From: an uncultured virus (IMG/VR IMGVR_UViG_3300048836_000452)
Lineage: Duplodnaviria; Heunggongvirae; Uroviricota; Caudoviricetes
Direction: 5' to 3' (one strand)
DNA length: 64,000 nucleotides
Virus record (IMG/VR): IMGVR_UViG_3300048836_000452
Each line of letters begins with the position of its first letter. Within the stretch, counting starts at the first letter, position 1. The position numbers were made by a program, and so were the translations under genes. The notes beneath the pieces are model-generated. The model was not told the origin of the DNA. It did not search any database and worked only from the letters and a program-made list of their open reading frames with translations. Below, one piece after another: positions 18,377 to 28,461 of this stretch.

Positions 18377-19848
18377 TGCAGGAACTCCCGCAGGCCGTCG
18401 ATGTTGCGGCGGCTGATGTCTTCCTTGTGCTCGAGCGCCTTCATCACCTTGGTCTCCACGGTGCCGGGCGTCGTCAGATCCCAGATGCGGACCTGCCGCG
18501 TCTGGCCCATCCGGTCGGTGCGCTTGATGGACTGCCACCGCGCCTCGGCCGAGAAGGTGTTCGACAGGTAGATGTTGGCCGCCGAGTGCTGCAGGTTCAG
18601 ACCCACGCCCATCCCCGACCCCTGGTTGCCGAACAGGACGCCGTTGCGCGTGGCCTCCCATGCCGCCACCGAGGGCGAGCCTTGGTACATGTAGAAGGGC
18701 CTCGCCTCCGGCAGGCCCCGCTCCACTCGGTCGTTCAGCTCGATCATCAGCATCTGCTGCTGCGCCCGGTAGGGCGCCCAGATCAGGACCGGCTCGTCCA
18801 GCTGGTCCAGGAGGTCCAGCGCAGCCTCGATCTTGTTCGACCCGAGGACCTGCCATGGCCCCTGCTCGTCGTTGGCATCCTCCCGGTAGAGAAAGCCCGC
18901 GGCGATCTGCATGAGCTTGCCCAACTGCACCAGCGCGTTCTGCGCGGTGATGACCCCACCGTCGATCTGCGCGATGAGCGCGTTCTCCATCAGGTGATAC
19001 TGCGCCGCCTGTGATGCGGTCATGGGGGTGGGAACCTCGATCACGTCGGGCTCCTCCATCACGGCGAACTCGCTGGACTTGATCCGGGTGACGAAGGGCG
19101 CGACCCGCTCCCGCAGATGCTCCTCGTTCCGGTAGCCCACGATGATCTTGGCGCGCGGATTGGACGGCAGTTCGCGGGTGATGCAGTAGTGGCTCTTGAA
19201 GCCGGTGAAGCCATAGGTGTGGACCTTGCCCCTGGGCAGGAGCCGGATCGGCTCGTGCGGCCAGCCCAGGCCGGGGGTGCAGGCCTCGTACTGGCTCCAC
19301 AGGTCCTCAAGGCCGCGCAGGACCGGCGTTCCGGAGAGGATGCGGCGGAAGCGGGCGCGAAGCGCCCAGCGCATCGTTTCCTTGGTGCGCTGGGCTGTAG
19401 GAGACTTCACCTTGTGGCTCTCGTCCACGACCAGGAGGTAGCGCGGATAGAGCGCAACGAAAGCCTCCAGGAGCGCCTCACCATCATTTGTTCGCAGGGC
19501 CTCGTAGTTGACCGCAATGACCCCCAGCGGCCGATCTGGGAGCGCGTGGCGGGGTTTCAGAAACTCCCCGAGCGCCCGCTTGCCGGCGCGGTTGTGGTGG
19601 CCGGTCCACGGCACCCCGCACCACTGCGGAAACTGCTGGTCGATCCATTGCTCATGGACCCCGTTCGGAGCGATGACGATCACGCCGTCAATAAGACCTT
19701 CGACGTACATGCGGCCGGCGTCTGCGATCGACAGGAAGGTCTTTCCGCCACCGGGATCCACGAAGTAGCAATGCCCGTCGTGCCCCCATGCTTCCGCCAG
19801 GGCGCGCACCTGGTGGGAGCGCGCCTTTCCCTTGACCGGATAGGTCAT
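18373..19848 (-). CDS. SNF2-type (SF2) helicase
   Basis: DPGGGKT, VVDESH, LSGTP, GVGLNLQ, QSIKRTDRMGQ. Confidence 0.9.
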   Translation of the reverse strand: MTYPVKGKARSHQVRALAEAWGHDGHCYFVDPGGGKTFLSIADAGRMYVEGLIDGVIVIAPNGVHEQWIDQQFPQWCGVPWTGHHNRAGKRALGEFLKPRHALPDRPLGVIAVNYEALRTNDGEALLEAFVALYPRYLLVVDESHKVKSPTAQRTKETMRWALRARFRRILSGTPVLRGLEDLWSQYEACTPGLGWPHEPIRLLPRGKVHTYGFTGFKSHYCITRELPSNPRAKIIVGYRNEEHLRERVAPFVTRIKSSEFAVMEEPDVIEVPTPMTASQAAQYHLMENALIAQIDGGVITAQNALVQLGKLMQIAAGFLYREDANDEQGPWQVLGSNKIEAALDLLDQLDEPVLIWAPYRAQQQMLMIELNDRVERGLPEARPFYMYQGSPSVAAWEATRNGVLFGNQGSGMGVGLNLQHSAANIYLSNTFSAEARWQSIKRTDRMGQTRQVRIWDLTTPGTVETKVMKALEHKEDISRRNIDGLREFLQ

Positions 19849-19849
19849 G

Positions 19850-20104
19850 TCAGTCTCCCTGTTTGCCTGCGATGAACCCCATGCGGGTCAGGCCGTAAGG
19901 GGTGAAGCGGTAGAAATACCCCTTGCCCCCCTCGACTGGACGAAGGTCCACCAACTGGTGACCACTCATCCGCATGAGCGCCTTGTGGATCAGACGCGGG
20001 GACCCATAGGCCCCCGCCTTGACCAGATCGGGAATGGTTGCCCAGTCCGATCCGGTGATCTTCCACGCCTGCACCAGATTGATGCGACGATGGGTGGTGT
20101 TCAC
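19850..20104 (-). CDS. Small putative winged-helix protein
   Basis: C-terminal FYRFTPYG wing-like motif. Confidence 0.4.
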   Translation of the reverse strand: MNTTHRRINLVQAWKITGSDWATIPDLVKAGAYGSPRLIHKALMRMSGHQLVDLRPVEGGKGYFYRFTPYGLTRMGFIAGKQGD

Positions 20105-20913
20105 TTCTCGAGCCCCGTGTCATCGACGCGGGCCTTGCCGGTCTCGAGCGCGATCTTCAACTCCTTCGCGTCCTTGACCATCGCGTTGTAGATCGGGTCG
20201 TCCAGAAGCGGACTGCCCTTCTCTGCCACGCCAAGGTGGTGGATCACGAAGCCGAACCACTCATTGTCGTTGCCGCTCTCCAGCCCGGTCTTGAGCTGGA
20301 ACTGGTGGTAGAACATGGCCGGGCGGAAGAAGGTGCCGGGCTTCGACGCGCTCTCCACCCGGGTCAGTTCGACCGTGGTGTTGATCTTTTTCGCCGCCTT
20401 CACCTTGGTCGACGGCATGGAAATCGCCACCGGCATCGGGCCCCAACCCTTGCCCATCGCGATGCCGACATACTCGGGGGTCTGCGCGACCTCGACCCGG
20501 ATCGCTTCCTCGTTGGGCGAGGGGCGCATCATCCCGATCCAGGAGCCGATGCCCTCCTGCTGGAAGTTGGCCTCGACCTCCTCGAGCGTCAGGTTCGGAT
20601 CGACCAGACCGCCGCCAGCCTTGCGCGGACGCCACGCGATGTAGCGCACCGAGAACGCCGCCGGCACGAACAGAATGTCGGTGTCCAGCTTCGAGTTCAT
20701 CTCGTTGCAGATCAGGCCGGGCCGGGCGCCGGGGATATACTCGGCCTTGGTGTCCTTCACCTCGGGCGAGAGGTCCTGCAGGATCTTGATCCGGGGGATC
20801 GTCAGCATGTCCCGGTCAAAGACCTGGCGGTGGGCTTCGGCATCCGCCTCCATATCGCCCATCAGCGCGGGCAGCGGGGCTTCCTGCAGCTTGGCTACGT
20901 CTTTCTTCGTCAT
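20101..20913 (-). CDS. Putative single-stranded DNA-binding / replication protein
   Basis: LTIPRIKILQDLSPEV...YIPGARPG...YIAW pattern; next to helicase. Confidence 0.55.
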   Translation of the reverse strand: MTKKDVAKLQEAPLPALMGDMEADAEAHRQVFDRDMLTIPRIKILQDLSPEVKDTKAEYIPGARPGLICNEMNSKLDTDILFVPAAFSVRYIAWRPRKAGGGLVDPNLTLEEVEANFQQEGIGSWIGMMRPSPNEEAIRVEVAQTPEYVGIAMGKGWGPMPVAISMPSTKVKAAKKINTTVELTRVESASKPGTFFRPAMFYHQFQLKTGLESGNDNEWFGFVIHHLGVAEKGSPLLDDPIYNAMVKDAKELKIALETGKARVDDTGLEK

Positions 20914-20920
20914 GTCGTCC

Positions 20921-21505
20921 TCACTTTCTGGTGGTGAATTTGGCGCGCGGGAAGGCCATGGTGCCCACCTTCGCGAAGTCGAAGTTCGGGTCTTCGGCCA
21001 GCTTCTGCCGGACGAAGGCCATCAGCGTGGGCGGGGCCAGCTTGCGGATCATCGTCGGGTGACGACCCTCGCGCTCGATCCGTTCCAGCATTTCCTTGGC
21101 AAGCTCGCGCTCATCCTCGGTGTAGTCGATCTCGATGACCGACTTGATCGTCCCCTTCATGCCCGCCGCCTCGAGGTATTCGACGGCTGCTTCCATGTCG
21201 GGGGCGGCGTTCAGCGACCCGAGGACCTTGACTTCCATCTTGATCCGGGGCCGACGCCCGTCCGGCATCTCGAAGCCGAACTCGTCCACGCCCACTTGGG
21301 CCAGACGGTCAGGGATGGCGTAGCGCATGATGCGCTCGAGCCGTTTCTTCTCATCGGCCAGGGCCTTCTCCTGCGCCTCGATGCCTTCCTCGATCGCCAG
21401 CGCCAGGGCGCCCAGGTCCTTCAGACCCTGATCGGCAAACTCCTCCTTGGCGCGTAGGGCTTCGGCCTCCATCTCGTCGATGAGGGCATTCGGTTCAGTG
21501 CTCAT
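20921..21505 (-). CDS. Conserved replication-module protein
   Basis: Coiled-coil N-terminus; PTLMAFVRQKL motif; family usually found beside SSB. Confidence 0.55.
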   Translation of the reverse strand: MSTEPNALIDEMEAEALRAKEEFADQGLKDLGALALAIEEGIEAQEKALADEKKRLERIMRYAIPDRLAQVGVDEFGFEMPDGRRPRIKMEVKVLGSLNAAPDMEAAVEYLEAAGMKGTIKSVIEIDYTEDERELAKEMLERIEREGRHPTMIRKLAPPTLMAFVRQKLAEDPNFDFAKVGTMAFPRAKFTTRK

Positions 21506-21514
21506 GGGTAACTC

Positions 21515-21742
21515 CTATGTGGTGCCCTCAATTTCGCTAGAGCGCGGGCGATTGTCAAGATTATTCTCGCGGCGCTCGCGCATTCCGCGCGTTTCCAGCC
21601 CGTGGTTGACGAGATACTGGTGCACGGCCTGCTGGCTCTTGCCGAGCAGGCGGGCGATCTGCCCGGTGCTGAGGCCACTATTGATGTGCGTTTCCATCGT
21701 CTTGCGAAGGCGCGTCTGCTCGGAGGCGTTCGGTCTCGGCAT
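21515..21742 (-). CDS. HTH DNA-binding protein
   Basis: GLSTGQIARLLGKSQQAVHQYL. Confidence 0.7.
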   Translation of the reverse strand: MPRPNASEQTRLRKTMETHINSGLSTGQIARLLGKSQQAVHQYLVNHGLETRGMRERRENNLDNRPRSSEIEGTT

Positions 21743-21829
21743 GTCAGTCTCCTTTCCCCTGGCATACTGCTCAACTTGTCAAGCAAAGGCAATGACCGGA
21801 AAAAAGCCGCCCCCGAAGGGGCGGGTGGG

Positions 21830-22300
21830 TCAGGTCCCCGGCCAGGGCTCCTCGCCGGCGAAGGTGCGCCGGAGCGCGGCGGCGGCGTCAGCCGCCGTGG
21901 CCTTGGGAGCCCGCTCGAGGTTGAAGAGCGGGTGGCCGCAGTATTCCCCCTGGACCCGCTTGAGGCCGAGGAAGTCCAGCGCGGCCCCGAGAACCATGGT
22001 CCAGTCGTATTCGACCAGCTCATCGTCTCCGTTTACCCATTCTGCAGTGCGGGTGCCTTTGTTCACGATGGTTGCGCGAGCCTCGGGGGAGAGGGTGCGG
22101 AGCCACATGGTGAAGGCGGCCCCGGCAATGCAGCCGGTGGTGCCGCAGGTAGTGGGCACCTCGGTCGAGTGGTGCACCTCGATCTGCAACCCCGACATCA
22201 TGTCGAAGTGGTAGTGCGGCGCACCCTGGTCGAAGAAGTCGATCAAGGTCTGCCGGTTCGCGGCAATGATCAGATCGAGTTGTTCGGGTTCGGTGGTCAT
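21830..22300 (-). CDS. Early hypothetical protein
   Basis: AAGGAG RBS; CGTTGCIAG motif. Confidence 0.65.
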   Translation of the reverse strand: MTTEPEQLDLIIAANRQTLIDFFDQGAPHYHFDMMSGLQIEVHHSTEVPTTCGTTGCIAGAAFTMWLRTLSPEARATIVNKGTRTAEWVNGDDELVEYDWTMVLGAALDFLGLKRVQGEYCGHPLFNLERAPKATAADAAAALRRTFAGEEPWPGT

Positions 22301-22370
22301 GGGTGTCTCCTTTGCATGATCCGATGGGGACCCCGCGCGAAAACCCCGCCCCTGGCGGGGCGGGTGGGGG

Positions 22371-22778
22371 TCAGACAAGGCCGAGCTTGAACGTGGTGTT
22401 GCGAATACTGATCGCGAACATCTTGGGCGTCACGCCCAGCTCCTTGGCGGTCTGCAGCAGGCTGTCGATGTCGCTGAGGTCGATCGTATCGACGCCATCG
22501 TCACCGCCGTAGTAGCTCTGCTTGGCATCCCACCAGCCATCCGGATCCTTGTCCGGATTGCACTCCTCGGCATAGACGGCGCGGGAGGCTTCGGGGGCGG
22601 CGCCAGGCTGGTGTTGATGCGGCTTGCCATTCGACATCAGGTAGATGCCGTGGTCGCCGACGAGCCAGAGGCCCGGGCCCGTCGCTGGGCCGGCGTAGGT
22701 CTCTCCCCATTCGGTGCAGGACCGGGCGTGGTCCATCAGGGGTTTTATCTCCTCGAGGGAGAAGTGGATGGTGGGCAT
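22371..22778 (-). CDS. DUF3085-like protein
   Basis: LWLVGDHGIYLMSNG...VYAEECNP...YGGDDG. Confidence 0.75.
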   Translation of the reverse strand: MPTIHFSLEEIKPLMDHARSCTEWGETYAGPATGPGLWLVGDHGIYLMSNGKPHQHQPGAAPEASRAVYAEECNPDKDPDGWWDAKQSYYGGDDGVDTIDLSDIDSLLQTAKELGVTPKMFAISIRNTTFKLGLV

Positions 22779-22842
22779 GGGTATCTCCTTTGTGGTGTCC
22801 CGAAGGGGACCCCGCCGAAAACGAGTGCCGTTTGGTCCGTTT

Positions 22843-22937
22843 GAGTGCCGTAAAAACGGCACCTGCCTATATTCCCGCGTATACGCGTGCGCGCATACAT
22901 GCGAGAAAGGTCGGTAAGGGACGTTTTAACGTCACTC
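22843..22937. repeat. 95-bp origin-like element, copy A (inverted relative to 39713-39807)
   Basis: GTGCCGTAAAAACGGCAC palindrome, alternating purine/pyrimidine core, CGTTTTAACGTCACTC. Confidence 0.75.
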
Positions 22938-22968
22938 GAAAAAGCCGCCCCCGAAGGGGCGGGGTCGT

Positions 22969-23376
22969 TCAATCACACCGTGCGACGACGAAGCTGTCGT
23001 CTTTCTGGATGATGCCGACGTATTCGCAGTCGAAGATAACGATGATCTCGTCGCGCAGGTGCGCGCGGATCAGTTCCTCGAGCGGCGGGTCGGCCGGGTC
23101 ACCGTCCTCGTCGGGCTCGCCAGAGCCATACTGGATGGCGTAGCGGCCGTCAGCGAGGCGCTGGAGGGTGAAACCGGTCTGCGGGTGGTAGCCGCAGCCA
23201 GCGGTGTTCTTGTAGCCGCTGTCGGCCTGCTCCTGGGCAGGGCGATCGTCGGCGATGTTGAACCACTTGGGCAGCATGCCCAGGTGGTCGACCATCGCGT
23301 TGGCGTTGGTCATCTGCCAGGCGATCCCTTGGCTTCCGTAGATCGAGTGGGGCTCGACTTGGGTCGGGTCGTTCAT
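22969..23376 (-). CDS. Early hypothetical protein
   Basis: Promoter-RBS-ORF-terminator cassette. Confidence 0.7.
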   Translation of the reverse strand: MNDPTQVEPHSIYGSQGIAWQMTNANAMVDHLGMLPKWFNIADDRPAQEQADSGYKNTAGCGYHPQTGFTLQRLADGRYAIQYGSGEPDEDGDPADPPLEELIRAHLRDEIIVIFDCEYVGIIQKDDSFVVARCD

Positions 23377-23499
23377 GTCGGGTCTCCTTCTGTTGGTCCC
23401 GGTGGGGACCCCGCAAAGAGCCCCACCCCTTGCGGGATGGGGGTGTCCAGGCGAACATGACGGGCTGCTAAGCGGTCATGTCGGGCCTGGTCTTGCGGG

Positions 23500-23664
23500 T
23501 CATTCCCGCGCCGCGTCACCCGCTTTACGCAGGTGTTCCTTCAGGCGACGGATTTCACTCCGTGCCTGACGAAGGTTGCTAGCTGTGCTCCCTTCTCGGC
23601 GCGCGGATGCTTCCAGTCTGTCGAGCAGACCTTGTTCCCGCGTTTCTTGATGACGTTGTGACAT
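23500..23664 (-). CDS. Early coiled-coil protein
   Basis: AAGGAG RBS, 54 aa. Confidence 0.5.
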   Translation of the reverse strand: MSQRHQETREQGLLDRLEASARREGSTASNLRQARSEIRRLKEHLRKAGDAARE

Positions 23665-23743
23665 CACCAGTCTCCTTGAGGCTTGGTAGTCAGGAGCAGG
23701 TGCCTCTTTACCTGGTCTCCGATGGGGACCCCGCAAGTTGGGG

Positions 23744-24148
23744 TCAGGCGGCCTGGGTGAGGCCGTGGCGCACGACATGGGCCACGCCGGGCCAGTTCTG
23801 CGCGATGGCAGCTTCGGCGATGGCGTCGATGTTGTTCTTGACGAACTTGGCCCACTGCATGCCGTGCTGGTCGTTGCGGCGCTTCTGCTCTTGCAGGAGC
23901 ATGCGGCGCCCCCGGTCGTCCCCGACGGTGCGGGTGACGGTGGCGTATCCGCTCTCGCTCTTGTCCCGGGTGACGGGCCAGAAGCTGAGGTAGATGCCGC
24001 GGCGGTTCTCGGTCCCGGTCCAGTAGTTGTGGCCGCCGAGGGTGTAGTAGACCTCGACCTCCATCTCCTCGAGGCGGACCTTGCCGGTCACCGGGTCGGT
24101 CGTCTCGCGCATGGGGACGTGGGTCTTGAAGTAGCGATCGTTGGACAT
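23744..24148 (-). CDS. Early hypothetical protein
   Basis: AAAGGA RBS after promoter 24176. Confidence 0.7.
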   Translation of the reverse strand: MSNDRYFKTHVPMRETTDPVTGKVRLEEMEVEVYYTLGGHNYWTGTENRRGIYLSFWPVTRDKSESGYATVTRTVGDDRGRRMLLQEQKRRNDQHGMQWAKFVKNNIDAIAEAAIAQNWPGVAHVVRHGLTQAA

Positions 24149-24211
24149 GGGTGTTCCTTTCGGTTGGTTCCCGAAGGGGACCCCGCGCAAAATGGACAAA
24201 ATGGCCCGCCC

Positions 24212-24433
24212 CTATCGGGGGCGGGGGTAGGGGTCCTTGCTCCAGTCTTCAACGCGCTGGGCGAGGAACTTCATGGCCTCCGCATCGAAGCGGTTGCCGT
24301 CGTAGATCAGCCAGATGGCGCGGGCGATGTGCCCGCGCTTGGCCAGGTCCACGACCATCTCGGCCGTCCGGTCCAGCTCGCGCTCCTTGGAGCCGTAGCG
24401 GTGGATGGCCTTCGGGTCGTAGGGCGTGCTCAT
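24212..24433 (-). CDS. Early hypothetical protein
   Basis: ATGA coupled to upstream gene. Confidence 0.55.
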   Translation of the reverse strand: MSTPYDPKAIHRYGSKERELDRTAEMVVDLAKRGHIARAIWLIYDGNRFDAEAMKFLAQRVEDWSKDPYPRPR

Positions 24434-24600
24434 GACGTCGAGAGCGCTGAGATCGCGACGAGCGCGATGATGACCACGCCACCACAGAGGAGCAGGAAGG
24501 GGATTGCCCATCCTGCGGCGGTGAGTTTCTTGTGGTCGGCATGGCCGTACTTGTCCATCTCGGGCCGGTAGCCGGAGTAGGGATCGTCAGGGTCGAACAT
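24430..24600 (-). CDS. Early small membrane protein
   Basis: AAGGAG RBS; C-terminal TM. Confidence 0.6.
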   Translation of the reverse strand: MFDPDDPYSGYRPEMDKYGHADHKKLTAAGWAIPFLLLCGGVVIIALVAISALSTS

Positions 24601-24653
24601 GGTTGTCTCCTTGTGTTGTTCCCAATGGGGACCCCGCGCAAAGAGCCTGCCCC

Positions 24654-24998
24654 TCACGGGGCAGGCAGGTCGCGCGTGACGGCCTCGCGCAGGGCAAGCA
24701 GCACGTCACCATCCTTGAAGTAGGGCTTGTGGTTGACGTAGCGGTCGCCCTGGGCATAGGCGGTCTGGATCCCGCAGCCGAGGCGGAAGTCCGTGATCCT
24801 CCAGAGGTGCAGGCCATCCGGCCTGCTGAAGGACCGGTGCCACCCGTCGTTCGTTGTGTGATCGACGGTCAGGCCCAGCTCGAGGACGGCGGCATTGAAC
24901 CGCGATCGGGGGCTGGTGTGGTCCGGGCGGGTGCTTGGTGCGCCGCCGCAGGTGCGGCAGCGCCCGTCGGAGCCGACGATGTAGTCGTGGTCAATCAT
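24654..24998 (-). CDS. Early hypothetical protein
   Basis: CRTC motif; GGAG RBS. Confidence 0.55.
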   Translation of the reverse strand: MIDHDYIVGSDGRCRTCGGAPSTRPDHTSPRSRFNAAVLELGLTVDHTTNDGWHRSFSRPDGLHLWRITDFRLGCGIQTAYAQGDRYVNHKPYFKDGDVLLALREAVTRDLPAP

Positions 24999-25126
24999 CG
25001 TCGCGCTCCCATCCGATCTTCGGGCGGCAGCCCAGCTTGAGGTAGGTCCAGAAGGGGATGCGCCACCAGAGGCGGCCGACATACCCTTCCCACGCGGTGG
25101 CGCCCTTAAAGGCATTCATCCGCATC

Positions 25127-25384
25127 TCAGCACCCCGCCCACATGTCGCGGAATTTCGCTTTCCGGATAGCCCGGGCGCGCTTCGCGTAGTATTGGCGGT
25201 CGCCGATCGCGAGGGGTCGCTCCATGTGTAGGCTCTGCAGGGCATGGTAGGTCCGGTGAGGATCGAGATCCTGCCGGCGTGCCCCCCTGTGTGGCGAGAC
25301 GACGACGCCATGGGTGCTTTGCGATCCACGGTGTCGGTTAACCCTGGCGTAGCGCCAGGCCCACTTCCACTCGCTGCGGGTCAT
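25127..25384 (-). CDS. Early basic hypothetical protein
   Basis: Coupled ORF. Confidence 0.5.
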   Translation of the reverse strand: MTRSEWKWAWRYARVNRHRGSQSTHGVVVSPHRGARRQDLDPHRTYHALQSLHMERPLAIGDRQYYAKRARAIRKAKFRDMWAGC

Positions 25385-25563
25385 CGGGTGCCGACCAGGT
25401 TCTCGAGGGTCTCTCGAATGAGCTGGCGGAGCGACACTTCCTTGGTGGCGGCCAGGTCGTAGAGGCGACGGTAGGTGTCGCTGTCTACGCTGGTTTGCAC
25501 GATGCGCTCCATGCGGCCGCCGGGTGGGTTGGCCCGGAGGGTGCGGCGATGGTCATGCGGCAT
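25381..25563 (-). CDS. CopG-like ribbon-helix-helix protein
   Basis: IVQTSVDSDTYRRLYDLAATKEVSLRQLIRETL. Confidence 0.6.
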   Translation of the reverse strand: MPHDHRRTLRANPPGGRMERIVQTSVDSDTYRRLYDLAATKEVSLRQLIRETLENLVGTR

Positions 25564-25795
25564 AGGCGGCCCCCGTCTCTTTGATGGGGCTGACGGTGGT
25601 TTGGTGCACGGTTTTGACCGTGGTTCTCATGCCGGTAATCTCGCAGTAGGCGCGAGCAAGTTGCTCGTCGGTGTGGCCGCGATATTCATCAATGAAGTCT
25701 CCTTCACGGATGTCGATGACAAGCCCGCCAGGGGTTTCAAGCTGCACCGTGCGGGTCTTGTCGACGGTGGGCGGGCTGAAGGTTTTGGTGGCCAT
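25553..25795 (-). CDS. Early hypothetical protein
   Basis: AAAGGAG RBS after promoter 25822. Confidence 0.6.
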   Translation of the reverse strand: MATKTFSPPTVDKTRTVQLETPGGLVIDIREGDFIDEYRGHTDEQLARAYCEITGMRTTVKTVHQTTVSPIKETGAAYAA

Positions 25796-26064
25796 GATGG
25801 GTCTCCTTTCATGTGTCCTGCGGGGACCCCGCGGCGCGCGCAAGTAGCTATCGTGATTAGTGTAAACTGAAAAAAGCCACCCCCGAAGGGGTGGTGGTCA
25901 GATGGCCCATCGGCCACGGACCTGCAGGACGCGGAGAGCGAACTCTTCCGGGTTGTCCTTGTGGTCATCGAACGCTGTCAGGATGTGATGCAGCGTGTCG
26001 GCTGCAAGCTTCAGATCCCGCGCTGTCATGGCGTCCTTCACGAACGGGAGTTTGATAGGTTCTC

Positions 26065-26265
26065 TCACTTCCCCCTCCGTTCCAGTTCGGCCTCGATGGC
26101 CTTGACGATGACGGCGGACGCGAAGGCATTGAGGCCTCGATGGTTCTCGAGGTCCTCCTTCAGGCCGCGCGTGTCGCGCCGGGTCATGCCGAGGGCACGG
26201 GTTGCGGACGCGATGTCGTCGTCGGTGATGGGCCGGTAATCTGCCGGCCTTCGTTGTTCGATCAT
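26065..26265 (-). CDS. Early hypothetical protein
   Basis: AAGGAG RBS after promoter 26287. Confidence 0.55.
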   Translation of the reverse strand: MIEQRRPADYRPITDDDIASATRALGMTRRDTRGLKEDLENHRGLNAFASAVIVKAIEAELERRGK

Positions 26266-26332
26266 GGCAGTGATCTCCTTTCCGGTGGGGACCCCGCGAA
26301 AAGGTCCGGCCCCCGAAGGGACCGGTCCGTTG

Positions 26333-27232
26333 TCAGGCAGCCAGAAGCTGGTCGAACTCCTGCGAGCGCAAGGCCCGCGCCACCCGGTCGTCGCGCCCGG
26401 TGCGGGCGGTGACGACACCGGACCCCTGGCGAACCTCGCCGTGGGTGGCCCAGTTGGTCATGGCATTTAACATCCCCCAGACGGTCTGGTCCTCGTTCTT
26501 GAAGCGGTTGAGGATGTCCAGGACCAGGGGCTCCGAGAAGTTCTCGTCGCCGTTGGCCTTGAGGGGCAGCTTGGCCAGGGTGGCCTTGAGGAAGTCCTCG
26601 GCCTTGTCGACCGAGAGCTTCGTGGATGCATAGAGACCGAAGCGTTCGCCATCGTTCTCCATCATGTCGGCGGCGGTGATGATCGACCGCTTGAGGGCGT
26701 CGATCGAGAAGTTCGAGGTATGCTTCCCGTAGGTGGAGGCGCTGAACTTCTCGTTCACCATGCCGTTCATGCAGACCAGCCGGAAGTATCCGGCCGACGA
26801 TTTCACGGCATAGGTTCCGTCATGGCTGTTGAGCGCGGTGAAGCGGCGCAACAGGATGTCGTTCCCGAGGCCTTTGGGGGTGGTGAAGTCACCGACCACG
26901 ATGTCGGAGCGCATGATGGCTCCGTTGGCCTGCAGACCGGTGCTGATGAAGGCGCCCCGCTGCCCCTTCAGGTCGTAGAAGTCACGCTGAGAGGGGGTGC
27001 GGTTGGTCCGTTCCACGATCTCGTAGCCCTGGTCATGCAGGGTCTGGAGCATCGGGTCGAGCACGTCCTGGTGCTGGACGGGCTTGAAGTTCTGGCCGCA
27101 GATGGCCAGCAGGCTGTCGTCGTCGGTCCGGTAGACACCGCGCCCGATGGTCGGGTCGATCTCCTTGCCGTTGTGGTCGAAGATCGGTTTCACGACCGCC
27201 GACCAGTTGGTCACAGGGCTGTCAAAGGGCAT
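26333..27232 (-). CDS. DUF932-family protein
   Basis: LNSHDGT...FRLVCMNGM...TVWGMLNAMTNWATH. Confidence 0.8.
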   Translation of the reverse strand: MPFDSPVTNWSAVVKPIFDHNGKEIDPTIGRGVYRTDDDSLLAICGQNFKPVQHQDVLDPMLQTLHDQGYEIVERTNRTPSQRDFYDLKGQRGAFISTGLQANGAIMRSDIVVGDFTTPKGLGNDILLRRFTALNSHDGTYAVKSSAGYFRLVCMNGMVNEKFSASTYGKHTSNFSIDALKRSIITAADMMENDGERFGLYASTKLSVDKAEDFLKATLAKLPLKANGDENFSEPLVLDILNRFKNEDQTVWGMLNAMTNWATHGEVRQGSGVVTARTGRDDRVARALRSQEFDQLLAA

Positions 27233-27340
27233 GTGTTGTCTCCTTCATGCTTTGGGGTCAGTCCCGAAGGGGACCCCGCGAGAGGATGCTCCACAATCTG
27301 AACGGGGAAAAGCACCGCCCCCGAAGGGACGGTGCGAGGG

Positions 27341-27706
27341 TCAGGCTGCTTCTACCGGTTCTTCCGGGTAGATGCCTTTCCATGTGCTGAGGGCGTTCGG
27401 CCCTTTGGCCTGCGACGGCACGTAGTTGTGCAGGACGTAGGCATAGTCAAAGAGCAGCCGCTGGTTCTCGTCGTCGGCGCAGGCCGCGGCTTCAAAGAGA
27501 TCGCCGCGGATGATGGCCTGCAGGAAGCTGCCCGGCACGATGCCGAACAGGACCCACCGGACGATGCCGCCATGCATGCGCGATGGCAGCTTCCAGAGGC
27601 CTTGCCCCCAGGCGTAATTGCCGGAGAGCTCGCCATAGGCGGCGGCTTCGACGCCGGTTTCGGCGAGGAGCCTGTAGCGGGCGACGGCTTCTGCACGGGT
27701 CATCAT
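27341..27706 (-). CDS. Early hypothetical protein
   Basis: PGSFLQAII.GDLFEAA..AD..N pattern. Confidence 0.6.
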   Translation of the reverse strand: MMTRAEAVARYRLLAETGVEAAAYGELSGNYAWGQGLWKLPSRMHGGIVRWVLFGIVPGSFLQAIIRGDLFEAAACADDENQRLLFDYAYVLHNYVPSQAKGPNALSTWKGIYPEEPVEAA

Positions 27707-28362
27707 GCGTCCACCTCCAGGGCTTCGACGTCCTTCATGTCGACCGCCAGGAACTCGGTCATGGTGCCGGTCCAGAGAGCCGAGCAGCCGTAGTAGACCG
27801 AGCCGTCCGAGTGTCGTTTGGCCTTGTCTTTCTGCCCCTTCACTTCGGAAGGGGACAGCCGGGCATGGGCCCACTGCTTGTCTTCGTGGTTGTTGAAGCC
27901 GCGCAGGATGATGACCTTGCGGTCATCGAGGTCGAAGATGTAGCCCCATTCGCAGAACAGGCTGTCCTTGATGAAGGCGGTGTCTTCGGTGGCAATGCCA
28001 GAGCGAAGGCGCTTCATCAGGCTTCCCTGCTGCTCGCGCAGTTGGGAATACCAGTCGTCTCCGGTGGAGACGTTGCTGTTCAGGAACTGGCTGTACTTTT
28101 CGGCCTGTTCCTCCGTGGGGTGCTTGTCCGCGTCGACATAGGTCATGTTGCCGACGAGCGGGGCGAGATAGTCGAAGAGGCTTTCGGGGTTTTCGTGATC
28201 CAGAAAGCTGAGGGCGGTCTGGTCGTGTTCGACCAGGTCCAGCGTTTCCCTCATCTCCTTCTGCAGCTCGACCCCCGTTGAGGTGGGGTAGGTGTCGAAC
28301 TGCTGGTAGCTGGCGTGCAGCACCTTGTCGTGCAAGGTGCCGATCACTCCTCTGGTTCCCAT
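27703..28362 (-). CDS. Early hypothetical protein
   Basis: MGTRG...YQQFDTYP...DSLFCEWGYIFDLD. Confidence 0.7.
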   Translation of the reverse strand: MGTRGVIGTLHDKVLHASYQQFDTYPTSTGVELQKEMRETLDLVEHDQTALSFLDHENPESLFDYLAPLVGNMTYVDADKHPTEEQAEKYSQFLNSNVSTGDDWYSQLREQQGSLMKRLRSGIATEDTAFIKDSLFCEWGYIFDLDDRKVIILRGFNNHEDKQWAHARLSPSEVKGQKDKAKRHSDGSVYYGCSALWTGTMTEFLAVDMKDVEALEVDA

Positions 28363-28461
28363 GATGTATCTCCTTCATTGGGGTTTCCCGTGGGGACCCC
28401 GCGCGAAATAGACCGGACCTGAAGGTCCGATCCCACAGCAAAAGACCGCCCCGAAGGGCGG